64,000 bases of DNA, taken from positions 364,384 to 428,383 of the forward strand of contig NW_005434652.1 of the NCBI RefSeq assembly GCF_000315625.1, in the 5' to 3' direction. The translations under genes were made by a program, and so were the position numbers. Of the stretch, positions 1 to 14,216 are shown piece after piece. Below the pieces are notes generated by a model. The model was given only the letters and a program-made list of their open reading frames with translations. It was not told the DNA's origin and searched no databases. Source of the DNA: Guillardia theta CCMP2712 (taxonomy: Eukaryota; Protista; Cryptophyta). The first letter of the stretch is position 1; the number at the start of each line of letters is the position of its first letter.

Positions 1-3000
1 ATCCTATCCCGCACGGATGGCCATTGCTCGCTCTTGCGCTTGACCGTCTCATCCGCTATGCTGAGGTGGTAGTGGGCGTCGAGGACGAGCTGCGATGAGA
101 TGTTAGGAGGGGGAACGAGGAAGAGGAGGAGGAAGTGGGAGATGAGGAGAAGAAGGAAAAGGAGAGAGAAGAGAGAGGCGGGACGAGGATGAGCAGAAAA
201 GCAGGACAGGGAGGAGGAGCAGAGCGAAACGGAGAAGCAAGAGGGGAGGGGAGGGAGGAGGAGGAGGAGGTACCTCTTCCTCGGTGTGAGAGTTAACCGC
301 GCTGACAAACCCTTAGCAACGCGTCAACAAGCAAGAGGAGCTTCACCTGAACATGCTGCGAATGGCTTCCTTCTGCCTCTTGACCTCCTTCATGTTTCCA
401 TCCTTCGGAAGATCGACAACGATGGTGGAGATGTATTCAACACAAGAGAGGAGGAACTGTCCAACAAGGGCCGTCATCCCTCCTATCCCTTCTCGAACTA
501 TCCTCTTCTCTACTCCACCCTGACCTCATATGTTTGCACGAGTATCAACATACCTTGCGTCTACAACCTCTCCCTCCCTCCCTCTCCCTCCCTCCCTCCC
601 TCCCTCCTTTTCTTCCCTCCCTCCCTCCCTCCCTTTCCCTCCCTCCCTCCCTCCCTCCCTCCCTCCCTCTCCCTCCCTCCCTCCCTCACTCACTCACTCC
701 TCTTCCTCTACATCCCAACTCCTCTTGTTGCCCATCATCACCGGCATCACGATCGGCCGCCAGCTGCCGGCCTGGTGGTGCCTTCCCCTTCCACCAGGGA
801 GGAAGAGCGACTTCCAGTTACAGGGGATCAGTTTGGTGACTATCTCCCCCTCCGAGCGCAGGTCCACAGCCTCTCTGCACCACATCTTGTCAGCACGAAC
901 AATCCTCCTGCTCCTCCTGTTCCTCCTCCTCCTCCTCCTCCTCCTCCTCCTCCTCATCGCCCTGCTCCTGCTCCCGCTCCCGCTCCTGTCCACTCTTCCT
1001 GTCTCCTGTTCCTGCTCCTCCTGCCCTCCTTCTCCTCCTGCTCCTTCTGCTCCTGCTCTTATCTCCTCCCACCCCCCCCTCTCTCTCCTCCTCGTAACCC
1101 TCAACACCCTCATCTCACGACAGCCCCACCTGCAGTCGGAGGAGGAGTGGGAGACGGGGAGGAGGATGTGGAGGACGTAGGCATCGCGCGAGGTCGCAGG
1201 AGGGAGAGCATCCCCGACACTTTCTTCCGTGCTCTTTGTCTTCGTCCTCCGGGCAAACCCAAGGACAACTCCCCAGCCCCAGTCGACAGTCGGGGAGGAG
1301 GAGGAGGAGGAGGAGATGATTTCCATGACCTTGACGACTCGGCCAGGCCTTAAGACTCCAAGAGCGACATCCTGCCAATCACAACGAATTCACCACCATT
1401 TGTTTTCTCTTTTCTTCGCCTTCCCTCCTCCTTCTCCTCCTAATCCCACTCTAGGCCCTCTCTTCCCCTTTCCACTTACTCCTCCTCTTCATTTCCTCGC
1501 ATCCTCCCCTTTCCTCCTGCTGCTCTCCTCCTCCACATCTCACTGGTTTGGTCGAGAAGGAAGAGATCTCGCATTTGAGGTCCTGTGTGAAGTGTGAAGG
1601 AGCGGAGCATGAAGGAAGCGAAGTACGTTCGACAGCTCCAGCAGCTCGCAAAAAGCTTCTGCTTCCCGATCATCGTGCTCGTTCGGAGCTTGTAGCTCGC
1701 TGACCTCTGCCTCGAGCTCCTTGCTCCTCAACTGTCGCACGAACATTACAGCAGAGAAGAAGGAGGCAGGAGGAGCAGAAGGAGCAGAAGGAGCAGAAGG
1801 AGCAGAAGGAGCAGAAGGTGTACTTCAGTGGAGGAGACGGAGATGCAACTTTGATACTGGTGGAAAGATTTCGTAATGATCTTTTCCGGATCGACACCTG
1901 CAGGAGTGACAATTGAGAGAGTGGGCAAGAAAACGAGGGCAGGGGACAACAGGAGGAAGGAGGAGAGAAGAAGGATGGGAGAAAGGAGAAAGGAGGAGGT
2001 CAAGAGGTGTTTGCAGATTCCATTGATTACCAGAGCTCCGCATAGCATTTAAGATCATATTGTAGTTGAGATGAAACGTGCTGACAAGAGGCGAGGGTTG
2101 ACCGCATAAGATGTCTCTTGCCGTCTGGCAGGAAAGAAGCATGAAAAGAAACCAAGCAAACAAACAGACAACAACATCAAGGCAGGGAGCAACGACAGGC
2201 AAAGCAAGGCTGAGATCGAACAAAATTGCATTCTTGAAAGCATGACGGTAAATCATCGATCCCAGCACATGCATGACATGAAACAATCAGGTCAACTACC
2301 TCAGGCTCCAGATGCTCGTCGAACATGGTGATAACACAGCCCTTGTCGTCGATTCCCCTCCTCCCCGCCCTCCCTGCCATCTGAATGTACTCGCCCGACG
2401 AGATCCATCGGTGGTCCTGCCCATCAAACTTGCGACAGTTTGTGAAGATGCAGGTCTTGGCTGGCATGTTCAGCCCGAGAGCAAACGTCTCCGTTGCGAA
2501 CAACACCTAAAACAGCCAACCAACAGTTCAGAGCATGCCGAGCATGACACGAGTAACGGATCTCGACCTTGACAAGACCTTCTTGGAAAAGGATCTCAAT
2601 CAGCTCCCGCAGGATGGGAAGAAGGCCGGAGTGGTGCACTCCGATCCCGCAGCAGAGCAGCGGGAGAATGTTCTGAATCTGAGGAAGCTCCTGGTCCTCC
2701 TTGGCGAGGCCTTGCAGTGCCTTCTCGAACACCTCCTTGATGGAGAGAACCTGGCTCTCCCCCACCAGCCTCAGGCTCTTGCACCTTGAAGTCTGCAGCG
2801 CCAGGGCCTCGCACTCTCTCCTGCTGAAGGCAAACACGATCGCAGGGCACATCCCGCGGTCAGCCACGAAGGAGACAAGCTTGATGATGTCTGGCTGCTC
2901 CTTCCCCTTGGTCTTCGACTCCGCGCGGCTGTCCTGCAGAGTCATCATCTTGATGAAGTTATCCTCGAGAAAGTTCCCAGCTTCGTCCAGGATGAGGAAA

Positions 3001-3921
3001 ATGCCATTCCCTCCTGCGGGAAACATGAAGTGCTGCAAAGGAGTCGGCCTGAAGTCTGTCTGGACGACATTGCACGGCAGGCCCTTGAGGTTTGCAACCC
3101 ACTGGGCGAACTCCAAGGAGTTTGGGATGGTTGCGGATAGAAAGACGAGCTTGATCTGTATCGGAAGCAAGATGATGCTCTGATACAGGAGGATGAACGA
3201 GAGGGGCGAGAGGAGAGGAGAGAAAAGGAGAGGAGAGGAGAGGAGAGGAGAGGAGAGGAGAGGAGAGGAGAGGAGAGGAGAGGAGAGAAGGGGAGGGAAG
3301 AGGAGAGGAGAGGGGGAGAGAGAGAGGAGAGGAACGTCAGGATAAAACAAGTTCAAACTGAGAGGCAACTTGCTTTACCTCCTCCCACACAACGCCGCGC
3401 TCCTTGTCTCGGAGGTAATGGACCTCGTCGAAGATGACCCAGGCAACTTCCCTTAGCTCGTCTGAACCATGATACAGCATGCTCCTCAGAATCTCCGTCG
3501 TCATCACGATGCAGTTCGCCTCGGAGTTCACCGTCACATCTCCTGTCATGAGCCCGATGTCCTGCTGCGAGAAAAACATCCCCAGATCTCTATACTTCTG
3601 ATTGGAAAGCGCCTTGATGGGCGTCGTGTATATCACCCTCTGATTGTGCTTGATCGCAAGAGCGATCGCATACTGCGCAACGACCGTCTTACCTGCTGAA
3701 GTGTGTGCGGCCACTAGGACAGATTCCTCCCTGTGCAAGCAATCTATCGCTGCCGTCTGGAACGGGTCGAGCTCGAATGGAAAGTTGATCGCCGCGTCCT
3801 CCACCGTCGTGTCGTCAAGACTGGCACTCTTGGAAGTGACATCTGACGTTCCTCCTTCAGGTAGGCAGCGCTCATGGAGCACGCGCTGCTTCTTTCCGGT
3901 CCCCGGCTCAGCTGCTGACAT
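1..3921 (-). CDS. MTR4: Ski2-like DExH RNA helicase, MTR4/DOB1 type (multi-exon; 3' end beyond window start; further 5' exons may extend to about 5400)
   Basis: Motifs [117 protein letters not shown] and arch/KOW-like [16 protein letters not shown], across GT-AG-bounded exons. Confidence 0.93.
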
Positions 3922-5488
3922 CGTTGCTGCTGTTCCGGTGTTTCTGCTTTTATGGTTAATGTGAAGGATTCATGCGCTTACAGAATTTTCAAACTCATTC
4001 TGAAACGAAAGACAAGCTGATCCTGTTGTGAAAGAATCAGAGCACTGCAAAGCCATGTGAACAATAAATCTGTGCTTTAACATGCCTTTTGACCAGTATG
4101 TCTCCTGTCCCCTAATATATTGCACGGACTTGTCTACTCTAGTTCCTTTGGTTGCGGCGGGGGTTGGCGAGGGGAGGGGGGGGATGAAATCATACTGTCG
4201 AGACCGCAGAGAAAGCAGAGGATGGGAAAGAGCGTCAAGACGAGGACGAGTGAAAGAAAAGCTGGACAAGATGGAAGGGCGGAAACCGCAGATTGTCTGG
4301 AAGGAAGGAGCGAATAAGAGAGGAGAACGAGAGGAAACGAAAGGTGGATTCTCAGAAGGAAAGGATGAGAGAAAGAAAGAACAGGACAGGAAAGTCACAA
4401 CACTAGAGAGGAGAGGAGAACGAGATGAGAAGACAGAAGAGGAGAGGAGAGAAGAGGAGAGGAGAGGAGAGGAGAGGAGAAAAGGGAATGCTTGTACATT
4501 CCTTCTCAAAGAGCATGGATCAATAAATATCCGCCTCAGAAGCAATGTAGTGCTTACGAAGAGGCAGAAAGTATTTCCTACAGTGTGAGGTACTTGCTGC
4601 CCAATGTCAGCAAATTTAACAGGGGTGGGTGGTATAAACCCCTCATAATCAACTGTGTCCATAAGTGGTTCAAGGATGGGGTAGGTACAGGACGATGGGA
4701 GGATAGGGTGGGGTGGTAGGCTCGGAGTCCGACAGTTGGTGGTACCGTGGGAGCACGGGGAGATCACGGTACGGTAGGTCCTGCTTCAACAGTTACCGGG
4801 GGTCGGAGTGATGGGGGTAAAGAGGGGCAAGATGGGGAGGATGCCATTTTATCTTAGTACCAGAGATAGGAAATCCTTCACCATGAGAGGCCATTATCAA
4901 GAGGGCTGGATTGGGCCCCGTGGCATTACCGAACTCTTCCGCCTATGCGTTGGGCAACGTCATGTCGCCCGAAAGACGGCAAAGAACATGCTCGAGGATC
5001 TGTTAGCTCCGTCGCTTCCTGTCCATTCTCATTCCCTTCTCTTCCCCTTCGCATCTTCCTCTGGCACTCCTTTGGCAGACTGAATCATGCCCTATCCTCT
5101 GCCGAGTCCTGCACGAGTATGTCAGTGCAAACAGACCTTTTATTGAGATTGACTTGCCGCTGCTTTTCCTCCTCTTTTGTCCCCAGCATGCCATTGCTCG
5201 TTGGTGTTGCCTCATCCAAAAGTGTTTGTAGAGGCCGGTTGCGAATCTGCAAGCACACCCACACGAATCAGAACATATTGTCAACTCTTGCGATTTCCCC
5301 TTTGATCTACAAGCTTTCACGATCAGTCTCCCTGAAGAAACATCTTCTTCTATAAGTCTCAACCATTATCAAAAGCATCATCGTAACGAGAGCTGAACTA
5401 CACTACACGCTGACTCTTGCTTTGCTGGCTCAGGTCACATCGGCGTCAGTTTGGAGGACTGCGTCGAGATTCTCCTCCAAGTCCATCA

Positions 5489-6627
5489 ATGGCGGGTGCA
5501 AAATCAGCTCCCAAGAATGCTCCCAAGGTAGAGGAGAATGCCGGCACGCGCCGCCTGCTCGGCACGTTCACTGCTCCTCCTCCGCTCTGTCTCGGGGAGC
5601 CGTACGTGTCGAGCTACATACGGCCAGAGAGGCACAAGGGGAAGCAGCTAACGGCTGGTCCCCTCAGGCATGAGAACTCCAAAGTGTTTCCTGTGAGACA
5701 GCAGTCAGCGGCTGACAGTGAAGCCTGACGATGCTGTCTTCTCAGGGAACGATCTCAGCTCCTGTCCTGCTGTGGTCGGAGCAGAAGGACAAATACCAGG
5801 AATCCATCAAGGTTAGGAGGCTTTGCAGTGTGAAATGGTCTGAGAGGTATGCCATCGTAGTACAAAGATATCGTCCCAGGGGACAAAAAGAAGAATGGTT
5901 TCTTGTCGTCGGATTATCCCCGCAGGGATGAGTTTTCCAATACGATCCGGACGCAACAGCTGCGAGAAGTGTTGAAGGTGAAGAGTGAGAGTGGAGATTG
6001 CCAGGCAGGAAGTGAACTTGTGTGACGACAGAAAGAGAATGCTCTCCAGAAGGAAGCCAAACATGCCAAGGAAGCAAGGGACACAGCAATCAATACTGCT
6101 AGCGGTAAGATGGTTGTCTCACAGACTTTGTGCCTGTCCTTGTCAACTCGCTGACTTTCTATCATGTAGCTATCATGGACAACAAGGCGAGGCACCTTCC
6201 CTCTGCCCCGCTCTACGACGTTGTCTTCCGGATCCCCGAGGCTTCCCTCAAGTTAGCGAGGGACGACCGACAGGTATCACTGCATGGGAGAGGGTTCCAT
6301 CGGTGCGATCATATCTGCCAGGCCGGGTTGTGGTACATGGCGGAGAGGCAGAAATATATCTCTGGTACCAAGGAGGAACACCACTTTGTCATTCCGGTAA
6401 GTGGGAGAGTGAAAGGTAGCTGTTTTCCTTTGTAATTGCTGCAGCCGAGGGAGCCAGTATGGGTCAACATTTCGCTCAATGGGAGGCCAGTGAATGTTTT
6501 AGTGGACGCCAACGGACAGGTTTGCTCGGCTCGCGAACATGATGGAGTACAAGTGATTGGTCGACAGGTCATCTCGAAGAAGGATCAACCTTTGGTCAAG
6601 ATGGCATCTTCAGTTGACTTGAGATGA
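5489..6627 (+). CDS. Uncharacterised multi-exon protein, possibly cilia/flagella-associated
   Basis: Spliced frame MAGAKSAPK..GTFTAPPPLCLGEPYV..KKKNGFLSSDYPRRDEFSNTIRTQQLREVLK..SSVDLR*, with short GT-AG introns. Family resemblance is from memory only. Confidence 0.55.
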
Positions 6628-6802
6628 AACAATTCAGACTCGTCGACGGATTCGGACTGAGAGAGTGGATTTCAAGAAGTTTTCCAACCTAGCAACTGGT
6701 TCGAATTTCGGTAATTGTACATGCTTGCATTGAGAAGAATAAAACCATAAAGTTGTGAGTACGAAAGCAGAATACAGAGAAGGAGCCCGCGATCACACGA
6801 AA

Positions 6803-8744
6803 TCAAACTCTCCTTCTGTTGGCTACAATGGTCCAATTGCAAGCTTCAATTCTTGACAACGAAATCCGGAAAACGCTTCCCGCATGTGAAAACTCGTTCG
6901 TACCTAATGCAGAAGGTGTTAGCACTGGGCTGACTTGATCCATCAAACCAAGGAATCGCTTCCATCGTTGGAGAAGACATGCTTTCTTGGGCCCTAGAGT
7001 TACGTGAGTCAAGTAGACGGCAAACATAAGAGGTTCACCAATGGTCCTTCGTCGGCATGTTCTGGTTCTCCTTCTGCCCGATCGATCCTTTTCTGGAGGT
7101 AAGGAGAAGAAGGGCTGCATGGCTGGCACAAGCTCACCGAGCAGGTTGCTCCAGGGATTCTTGTCTTCATCCTGCAGCGTCTTGAGCAGCTGCTTCCGAG
7201 CCTGGCGATGCCAAGGTCAGCAACCAGGCGCCATACCGCTGTATCAAGTACAGAGAGCTCAGAAGCAAGCTCGTCTGTGAGAATCTTGTTCTCCCTGTGA
7301 ATGGGTTCATTTCATGGTTGAAAAAGCAGCCTTTGAGAAAAACCTGTTGAGATAGTTGCACTTCTTCTTGAGGACGTCGATACCGTCATTGTCTTCACTT
7401 CTCTCCATCGATCTGCTGCCATGCTTCTCTGCCCTTGTCTCTCAGCCCACAGATGATCGCGTATGAACTCTAGCTTACTCTTGTCATGCTTCGAGTCGGG
7501 CATCCAGGTCGTGTTGCCGTACTCCTCATTGTTGGGCAAACTTGATAGCGGCCTCGGATTCCTTGAAGAACGAGCCAACGATAATCAGATTATCATCAGT
7601 ACTGATGTGTATCGAGACAACCTTGACTGCAGCAACCTTCGTCTCGTGTCGCTGCCTTCCTCGTCGTCTTCGGTAGGGACCTGACAGGCGAGCATTGGTC
7701 TGCTCGTATACATCTGAAGCCATGTGCTGTGTGAACTCAAGACCTCTCAAGCTGAAGTTCACCTTGGTAGAGAGCTGGACAGATCTGGTAGCAACCACCT
7801 CCTTCTTCTCTCCATCACGCTTCAATGTGAGTCGGACCTGCGTGCCTTGGCTGCCTCGGATGAGCACAGCTACATGGTCGAAGTGCGAGACATCGATGTT
7901 TTGTCCGTCAACGGATTGAAGCTCATCCCCGATGGCTATATCCTGTGGGAGCGGCGCAGCAATCACACATGGGAGGGCTAGTGAGCAAGAAGGGATGCAA
8001 GCACTGACCAGGTTGGAGCTCGGGCCGTCAGCGCGGATATAAGAGACCACGGCTTTCCCCTCGCTGACTTTAAACTAGAGCACGCTCGTCATTTGAAACC
8101 TCCCTCTCAATGTAGCAAGGCAACCTGCACTCCAATGCCATATGCTTGCTCACAATCTTCCATCCCGCCTCAGGAAAATCTCTGATGGATTGCTGCATAG
8201 AGTTCAGGTGAAATAGATCAAAACGTAGGGTTGCGAATGTTCCTCCCCTTCAACTCTTTGCTTCCTCTCTGCGAGACCCCTGCCTTGTTGCTTCTCTACA
8301 CCCCACAATTCTCCTCTTGTCCCTCAATCATCGTGGTCGTGCTGCGTCTTTTTTCTCGATCAGTCCTTGAATACCATTCGGCTGTCTACATCATGCCTCA
8401 ACTCTAGAAGGGTGATCCAACGAGCTTCTCCTCTCTTGCATTTCGTCTCAATCCTTCATCATCCTCGTGCAATGGCATCCTCACTTCTTGCTGCCTTCTG
8501 GATCCCTTTCGTCCTTTCGAGCCTTCTTTCCTTTTTCGACTTTGTCCAGATCTGTCATTATCTGCTCCTCACCCTCCTCAACCTCTTTACTCAGTCCCTC
8601 AGTCTTATTCCTCCTCCAACTGCTCCTCCTCTTTCTTGCTCCCCCCCTCCATTTCTTCTCAACTTCCTCCTCCTCCTCCTCCCTGTCGCTTCCTCCCGCC
8701 ATCAGAGGCTGGTTCATTTCTTGCTTCTCAAGTCTCGCAGTCAT
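6803..8744 (-). CDS. PDZ-domain protein (multi-exon; ends approximate)
   Basis: Spliced YGIGVQ|FKVSEGKAVVSYIRADGPSS..|DIAIGDELQSVDGQNI..HVAVLIRGSQGTQVRLTLKR fits the PDZ pattern; acidic N-terminal exon at about 8480-8744. Confidence 0.75.
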
Positions 8745-9140
8745 GAAGGACGTCAAACAGCCACCCCTCCTTATCGAACAACTTGGCAAGAAGGACCCTC
8801 CAAATCCCTTGCATGTACCCCCACCTTGGACCTGACAATTGCGCCCTTGGTACCCCTACCCCCCATTTTTCGTGACTTTTTGTGGGGAATCAGCGAGGCT
8901 TCGGAGGCTCTCTCATATGACCCCGACCGTATTACGGGGTGATGGTGGTAAAGTGCAAACAAAAGGGCATGAGGGGGTACTTATTCGATACTTTGAGGGG
9001 GTAAGGGTGGTAAAAAGTTACCCGGTCCCTCAGGGGTACTGGGGTCCACAATTTAGCCAAACTTTACCAATTTATGGTTCAAAAGCCGTTATTTACAGTT
9101 TTCGTGCTGTATGAGTGAACCTCCGAAGAGGCAGGCCGAC

Positions 9141-11090
9141 GATGGCGGCGCAGCAATGGCAGGGAAGGCGAAGGTTAACTGCTCCTCTCCTCCTGACAGC
9201 AGGCATCTGTTCCGCCTGTATCCTCATGGCCATGTTTGCATCGGTGCAGCCGGGCTGGACAGGCCTGGTGGAAGTCAAGTACTTGTCCTCGGACACAAGG
9301 AAACTAGCAAAGGAGGAGAGCGTGTTTGACGAGGCGTCAGATAGTTTCTCGGCCTTGGAGGAGAAGCTGAGCGAGCTGACTAAGGATGTTCTCTCCAGCA
9401 AGCATGCTCCTAATGCTGCTGGAAGCCTATCCTTGAAGAACGAGGTCCAGGCTACCGAGAAGAAGTTGGACAGGGTCGGTTCCAGGATGACGCGAGCACA
9501 CGCTCTAATGAATCAGGATATCAGCCGGGTCGTGAAGCTCTCTGACAAGGTGGTGCAATGTCTCCCTGTTGTGTTCGTCCTTGACGTTTGCTGGTCTAAG
9601 GGTGGGGAAACGGGCGAGGCTGCTCAGGGAAAGCGTTCATCGCCTCGTGCGATGGTTGCGTCAGGTACGATCCTTTCGTCTGCTGCTCTCCCTTCCATCC
9701 GATGCTCTGACCTGTTGCTACTTTCCTCTAGCAGTAAAAGAGAGGTCGCACTTGTCCGACGATGATCCAAATCAGATGCTGGCTTCTTCCGAGGATCACC
9801 CCACGACCAAAACGCTTGATCGCTCCACCGCGTCACAGAAACCTCCTGCTCTCGCTTCTGCTCGCGCTGCTCCTGCTCCTGCTCCTGCAGTGGCAGTGGC
9901 AGCGGCAGCGGCAGCCGTGGCAACAGCTCCCATCCATCCATTGAAGCATCATCATCAGGTTTCTGAAGATGAAGAAGACGAAGATTTGAAGGTTCGGAGG
10001 TCTGCGAGAAAGGATGTCCTCCGAGCTTTCCGCTTCTTCGAGAAGCACCAGCAACAAAAACTGCAGGAGGCTTTGAAGGCCAAGGAGCTGGAGCAAGCAA
10101 AGGGGTATGATGTGACGCCAGAGGAAAACTGCAAAGGAGATGATTGTCATATTCGCCTCTATCTGCACGTTGGCAGCCCACGGATGGGTCACACGGCCCG
10201 CAATGGCGCGAACTTCGTTCCCAACCTTCGTGATCTCCGCAACACGATCCGAGAACGGGGACTTGTGTATGTTCAGTCAGGAGTTGACATGTGCGAGCAG
10301 AATCCTGCTGCTTGCCAGGGTTTCCAAACGGTTTACAAGGGCAAGGACTTTGATGTGTCTTATGTGCCTCCGCATCAAGATTTTGTCCCAGTGGGTGGTC
10401 AAGCGCATTCAGGAGTACGACATCCTATTGGCACGCCTGATGTAAGAATCCCTGAGCATGCCTTCAAGTCCTCTCCTCGCTCTCCGACTTCGTTGAAATT
10501 GCAAAACATCGTTGGCACTTCCTTTGAACCGATTCAGCATCACGGTTCAAACGCTGACGAAGGGGAGGCCACCAAGCTGGATTCGAGCCTGTTGGTACCA
10601 GCGGCAATGAAGATTGCAAAGGAACAGGAGAAGCTTGCAATTATTGCTAAGAAGATCAAGAAAGCTGCAGACCTTCGAGCTCAAGTGGCGTTAGCTGAGG
10701 ATACGATGGTGAAGGCCCTCATGAATCACATGCAGACGAAGCGTGCTTCTAGACAGTCTCGGACAGCAGAGACCAGCCAGGGAGCATCGTTACATCGTTC
10801 CGTGGAAGATAAGGTGAGGCTGCCGGCAGACTCGTCGACACACCAAGGTCCCCGCACGGAGGATGTGAACCGACAAGGGATGTCGCCCAAAACGACTGGC
10901 GCGCACCAGCGATCCATCGACGTCAGGCTGCAGGAGAAGCTCGAGGTGCTCAACCGCCAGATGCGAAGGGACAAGGCCTTGCTGACGGAGTGAGGCGTGC
11001 TAGCTATGTGGACGTGTTTCCCGGACGGTGCTGCACCGTCAAGGCAAGTTGGAGAACGTGGGGCCGGGAGCAATCTTGAAAGACTCCTTC
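9141..11090 (+). CDS. Uncharacterised protein with N-terminal signal anchor, coiled coils and a small Cys-containing segment (3' end approximate)
   Basis: MAAQQWQGRRR followed by hydrophobic LLLTAGICSACILMAMFASV; long exon 9733-10990. Confidence 0.7.
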
Positions 11091-11439
11091 TGCTAGCTCA
11101 TCGGGATCGGGAAGGCCGATCGTCCGCTTGAAGCTGCTTTTGACCCGCTACGCATCCTTTGAAAGATGCAATCTCCTTCATCTCTCTGTATATTTCCTTT
11201 CTTCTCAAGCTGGATGGTTTTGAGTGATGAGATTTGTAAACCATAACTTCTCAAAAGATTTTGAAAGAAAAAAGAAAAAAATGTGAAGGGTCTTCGCTTC
11301 GCACATTCACCAGTCCTTTTCCAAATCTGAGATCTACTTGAAGTCCAATTGCAAACTTATTCAAACAATCGCAGGAAACATCGACTTAAGTTCTACATTG
11401 AGATTATGATACAAGAAAAGACAAAGTCACATGATTCTC

Positions 11440-12593
11440 TCAAAGCAAGGGGTCGCTTCCCCACAAGTCATCCTCTCCATACGAACGGCCGACCCAAAAG
11501 ATGCCGGAGGAAACGAAGATGAAGACAGACTGCACGATGGCAGCAATGGCCTGTTGACGGCCCGTTAGATCAGGCAAGGGAGCCAACAACTGCCGCTCAC
11601 TGGTTCATGATGCAGCGCAGGATCGCGCATGTAGACGTCGAGAAGAACCCAAACGCTGAGGATGATGGAGGTGAGACCAGCGAGCATGCCGACGAACAAC
11701 CAGATCTTGAGGGCAGTAGGCGAGGCCCCTTCCACCATCTCCGCGTAGGACATGGAAAGTTGATAGGGCTCCACTGTGTTCACCATGAACAGCGCAACTG
11801 CTCCGAGCACCTGGTCGCACAGAAGTCAGCGGAAGCTCTTGGACGACTTTCCTACTCACCCCTGGCAGGTAGACCAGCGCAGGTCGTCCAGTGATGGCAG
11901 GCCATTGAGGAGGGGCTGGAGTAGTCATCTGCAAGGAGGAGAGGAGGGTCACAGGAGAGACGGAGCCAGTACTGGCACAAGGAAGGGATGCTGCTACAGC
12001 AGAATAGTTTGCTATCACTGGGGGTGTGGAGGGGCACCAAGAGTGGTAGAAAGGCATGATTCAATGGTAGTCAAGAGGAGAGGGAAAAAGTATGGGGAGG
12101 CAGAGCAAACAGCAAGTTGTCCGCATGTTTGTACCAGAAGGACATTTCTGTCAGAAGCGTGTGCAATTGTCTGGTTGTTCGGAGGCTTTCCCCATGCACA
12201 GATGTCATCTACATTCACCCGGTCCAAACACGCTGAATGAACCAAGTAAGTTTCCAACAGCTCGACAAGTGCAATAGCGAGCAAACAAGCGAGGACCAAG
12301 TAAAATTTGAGATAGATATATCAAGACATCAGGAGGTACTCACTGTTGTATTGGATAATGCTGTCTATGAAAACAAGCCATGCCTGGACATTTGCATCAT
12401 CAGACTTGAAACTCCTACGGAACATCGCCCCCCCACAATCCCCCCTACCCCCTACCCCCTTACCCCTCCCCCTCACTGTTGCTCTTCCTCTTCTGCTCCC
12501 ATTCTTCGCTTTCTCTCTCTCGTCCTCTTCCTCGCTCACCACTCCGAACGCCATCCCTGCCACTAGGCATGTCGCCCGCCGCGTATCCTCCAT
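11440..12593 (-). CDS. TMEM50/Vps68 (UPF0220) family membrane protein
   Basis: VAGMAFG|AWLVFIDSII ... LGAVALFMVNTV ... KIWLFVGMLAGLTSIILSVWVL ... AAIVQSVFIFVSSGIFWVGRSYGEDDLWGSDPLL*, matching the 4-TM TMEM50 layout and C-terminus. Confidence 0.8.
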
Positions 12594-12680
12594 TGCAACT
12601 CCCCTTCATGAAAAAAAAGTAACTGTAAAACAAGAGGTCAGTGGGGGGAAGGGGGCTTCGGGCGAACAAAGATGGGATCT

Positions 12681-14046
12681 ATGGCCAGCAGGATGGAGGA
12701 GGAGCGACAGCAGGAGAAGAGTGAGAAGAACACGCGTGCTTCTGCTCTCCTTCGCCTCCCTTACATGATCCTCATGAGAATCAACACTCACCACAGCATG
12801 CTGCATTGCTTCGCTGTGCTTCGCTGCCCTGTGTGCCAAAAGTCTCCTAGTTGACCCTCCGCATTGAGCTGATTGAATTCTTTATGCATCGCAGTGGACG
12901 GCTTCGATTTTGAGAAGGCAGTTTCTCGACAATTTCAAGAACAGATCAACGCCATCACGAGTCTTGACGGAGGTTTCTTGTGCCGTGTATCGAAGTTTAT
13001 CGTGTCCTTGTAACCCCGTCTTCCTCCAGCGCTTGGTGAAGACGGGTTGAAGTCTATTTCATACCCAGACGGCGGAATGTAACAAATTGCTGTGAATGAT
13101 TATTATGCTCGTGACGCTGGTTACGCAAGATATCGAGGAGAAGTTCGGAACAGCATGTGGCATGGAAAGGGTTCGTGGATTGCCTTGATTCGTCGATTTA
13201 TTAAGAGGCCTTCAGGCAAGCTGCTGCATGCGAATGGAGACATCTATGAGGGAGATTTCTTGCATGATGCGAAGAATGGTGAGGGCGTCATGGTAGAAGC
13301 GAACGGTGATCACATACGATCAGCGACCATGTCCACTTGTAAGGCTGGATACAGGTCGCAGGTACAAGGGAGAATGGAAAGACAACGAGCCATGTGGAAA
13401 GGGAAGCTACATCTTTGTGAATGGTGCGAAGATGTCTCGACTACTGTCCGCAAACTCCTTCCTTCCTCCATCCTTGTCCTTGTGCTCCTGCTTTCCTCCC
13501 TCCCGTTGTGGAGATTGCATTTCGTGTCCTCACCGTCGCAATGACAGGCGATGAGTATGAAGGGGAAGTCAGCAATGGCAAGTTTCAGGGGAGCGGCAGG
13601 TACACTTGGAAAGGTACAAGTCTGAAGAGAACGGTAGCGGATGTTCTAACGAGCAATCGACAGACGGGCGAGTCTATCAGGGAGAGTGGTACCAGTCAAA
13701 GATGCACGGCAAAGGATGCTTCATGTCTACCGCTCCTTGAAGCTGTGCAGCGCCTCCTTATCTCTTGCTCTAGGTATGTGAATGGCGATTCCTATGACGG
13801 CGACTGGTATGAAGGTAACTGAGCGCCGCTGGAACCGCTGGAACTCACTCTGTCTTGACGTTCTCAAGACCAAAAGCATGGAGCCGGCTACTTGGTTGAG
13901 GGCAGGCTGGAACACTCTGTGTTTTACAATCAAGGTGAAGGGGCAAGATTGCACTTTCTCTTGTGCTCACTTTGTCTGTCCTCGCAGGAAAGCTCGTGGC
14001 ATATGGCAAGAGGTATTACTGCTTTCTGTCGTTGTATTCTCTAAGT
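12681..14046 (+). CDS. MORN-repeat protein (ends approximate)
   Basis: About 6 repeats of Y-x-G-[ED]-[WF]-x4-HG-x-G: YRGEVRNSMWHGKG, NGDIYEGDFLHDAKNGEG, YKGEWKDNEPCGKG, YEGEVSNGKFQGSG, YQGEWYQSKMHGKG, NGDSYDGDWYE. Confidence 0.88.
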
Positions 14047-14216
14047 GAGTCTTCTGCAAGGTGTAATACTTCAAAGTTTTCTCTACCGCGGGTATTCGTG
14101 GTGGCATGTTTGAACAGACGGGCTGACTTGTGGTGTGTAGATGGTTATGAAAGAAGACGCGGTGAACCAGTAGGAAGAGCTCTTTCTGCTTCTGTACATC
14201 AATCCTTTAGATTAAT

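Noticed and set aside
286-1353. 355-aa Pro-rich + strand ORF
   Set aside because: Antisense to MTR4 exons and kept open by (CCT)n/(CCCT)n intron tracts.
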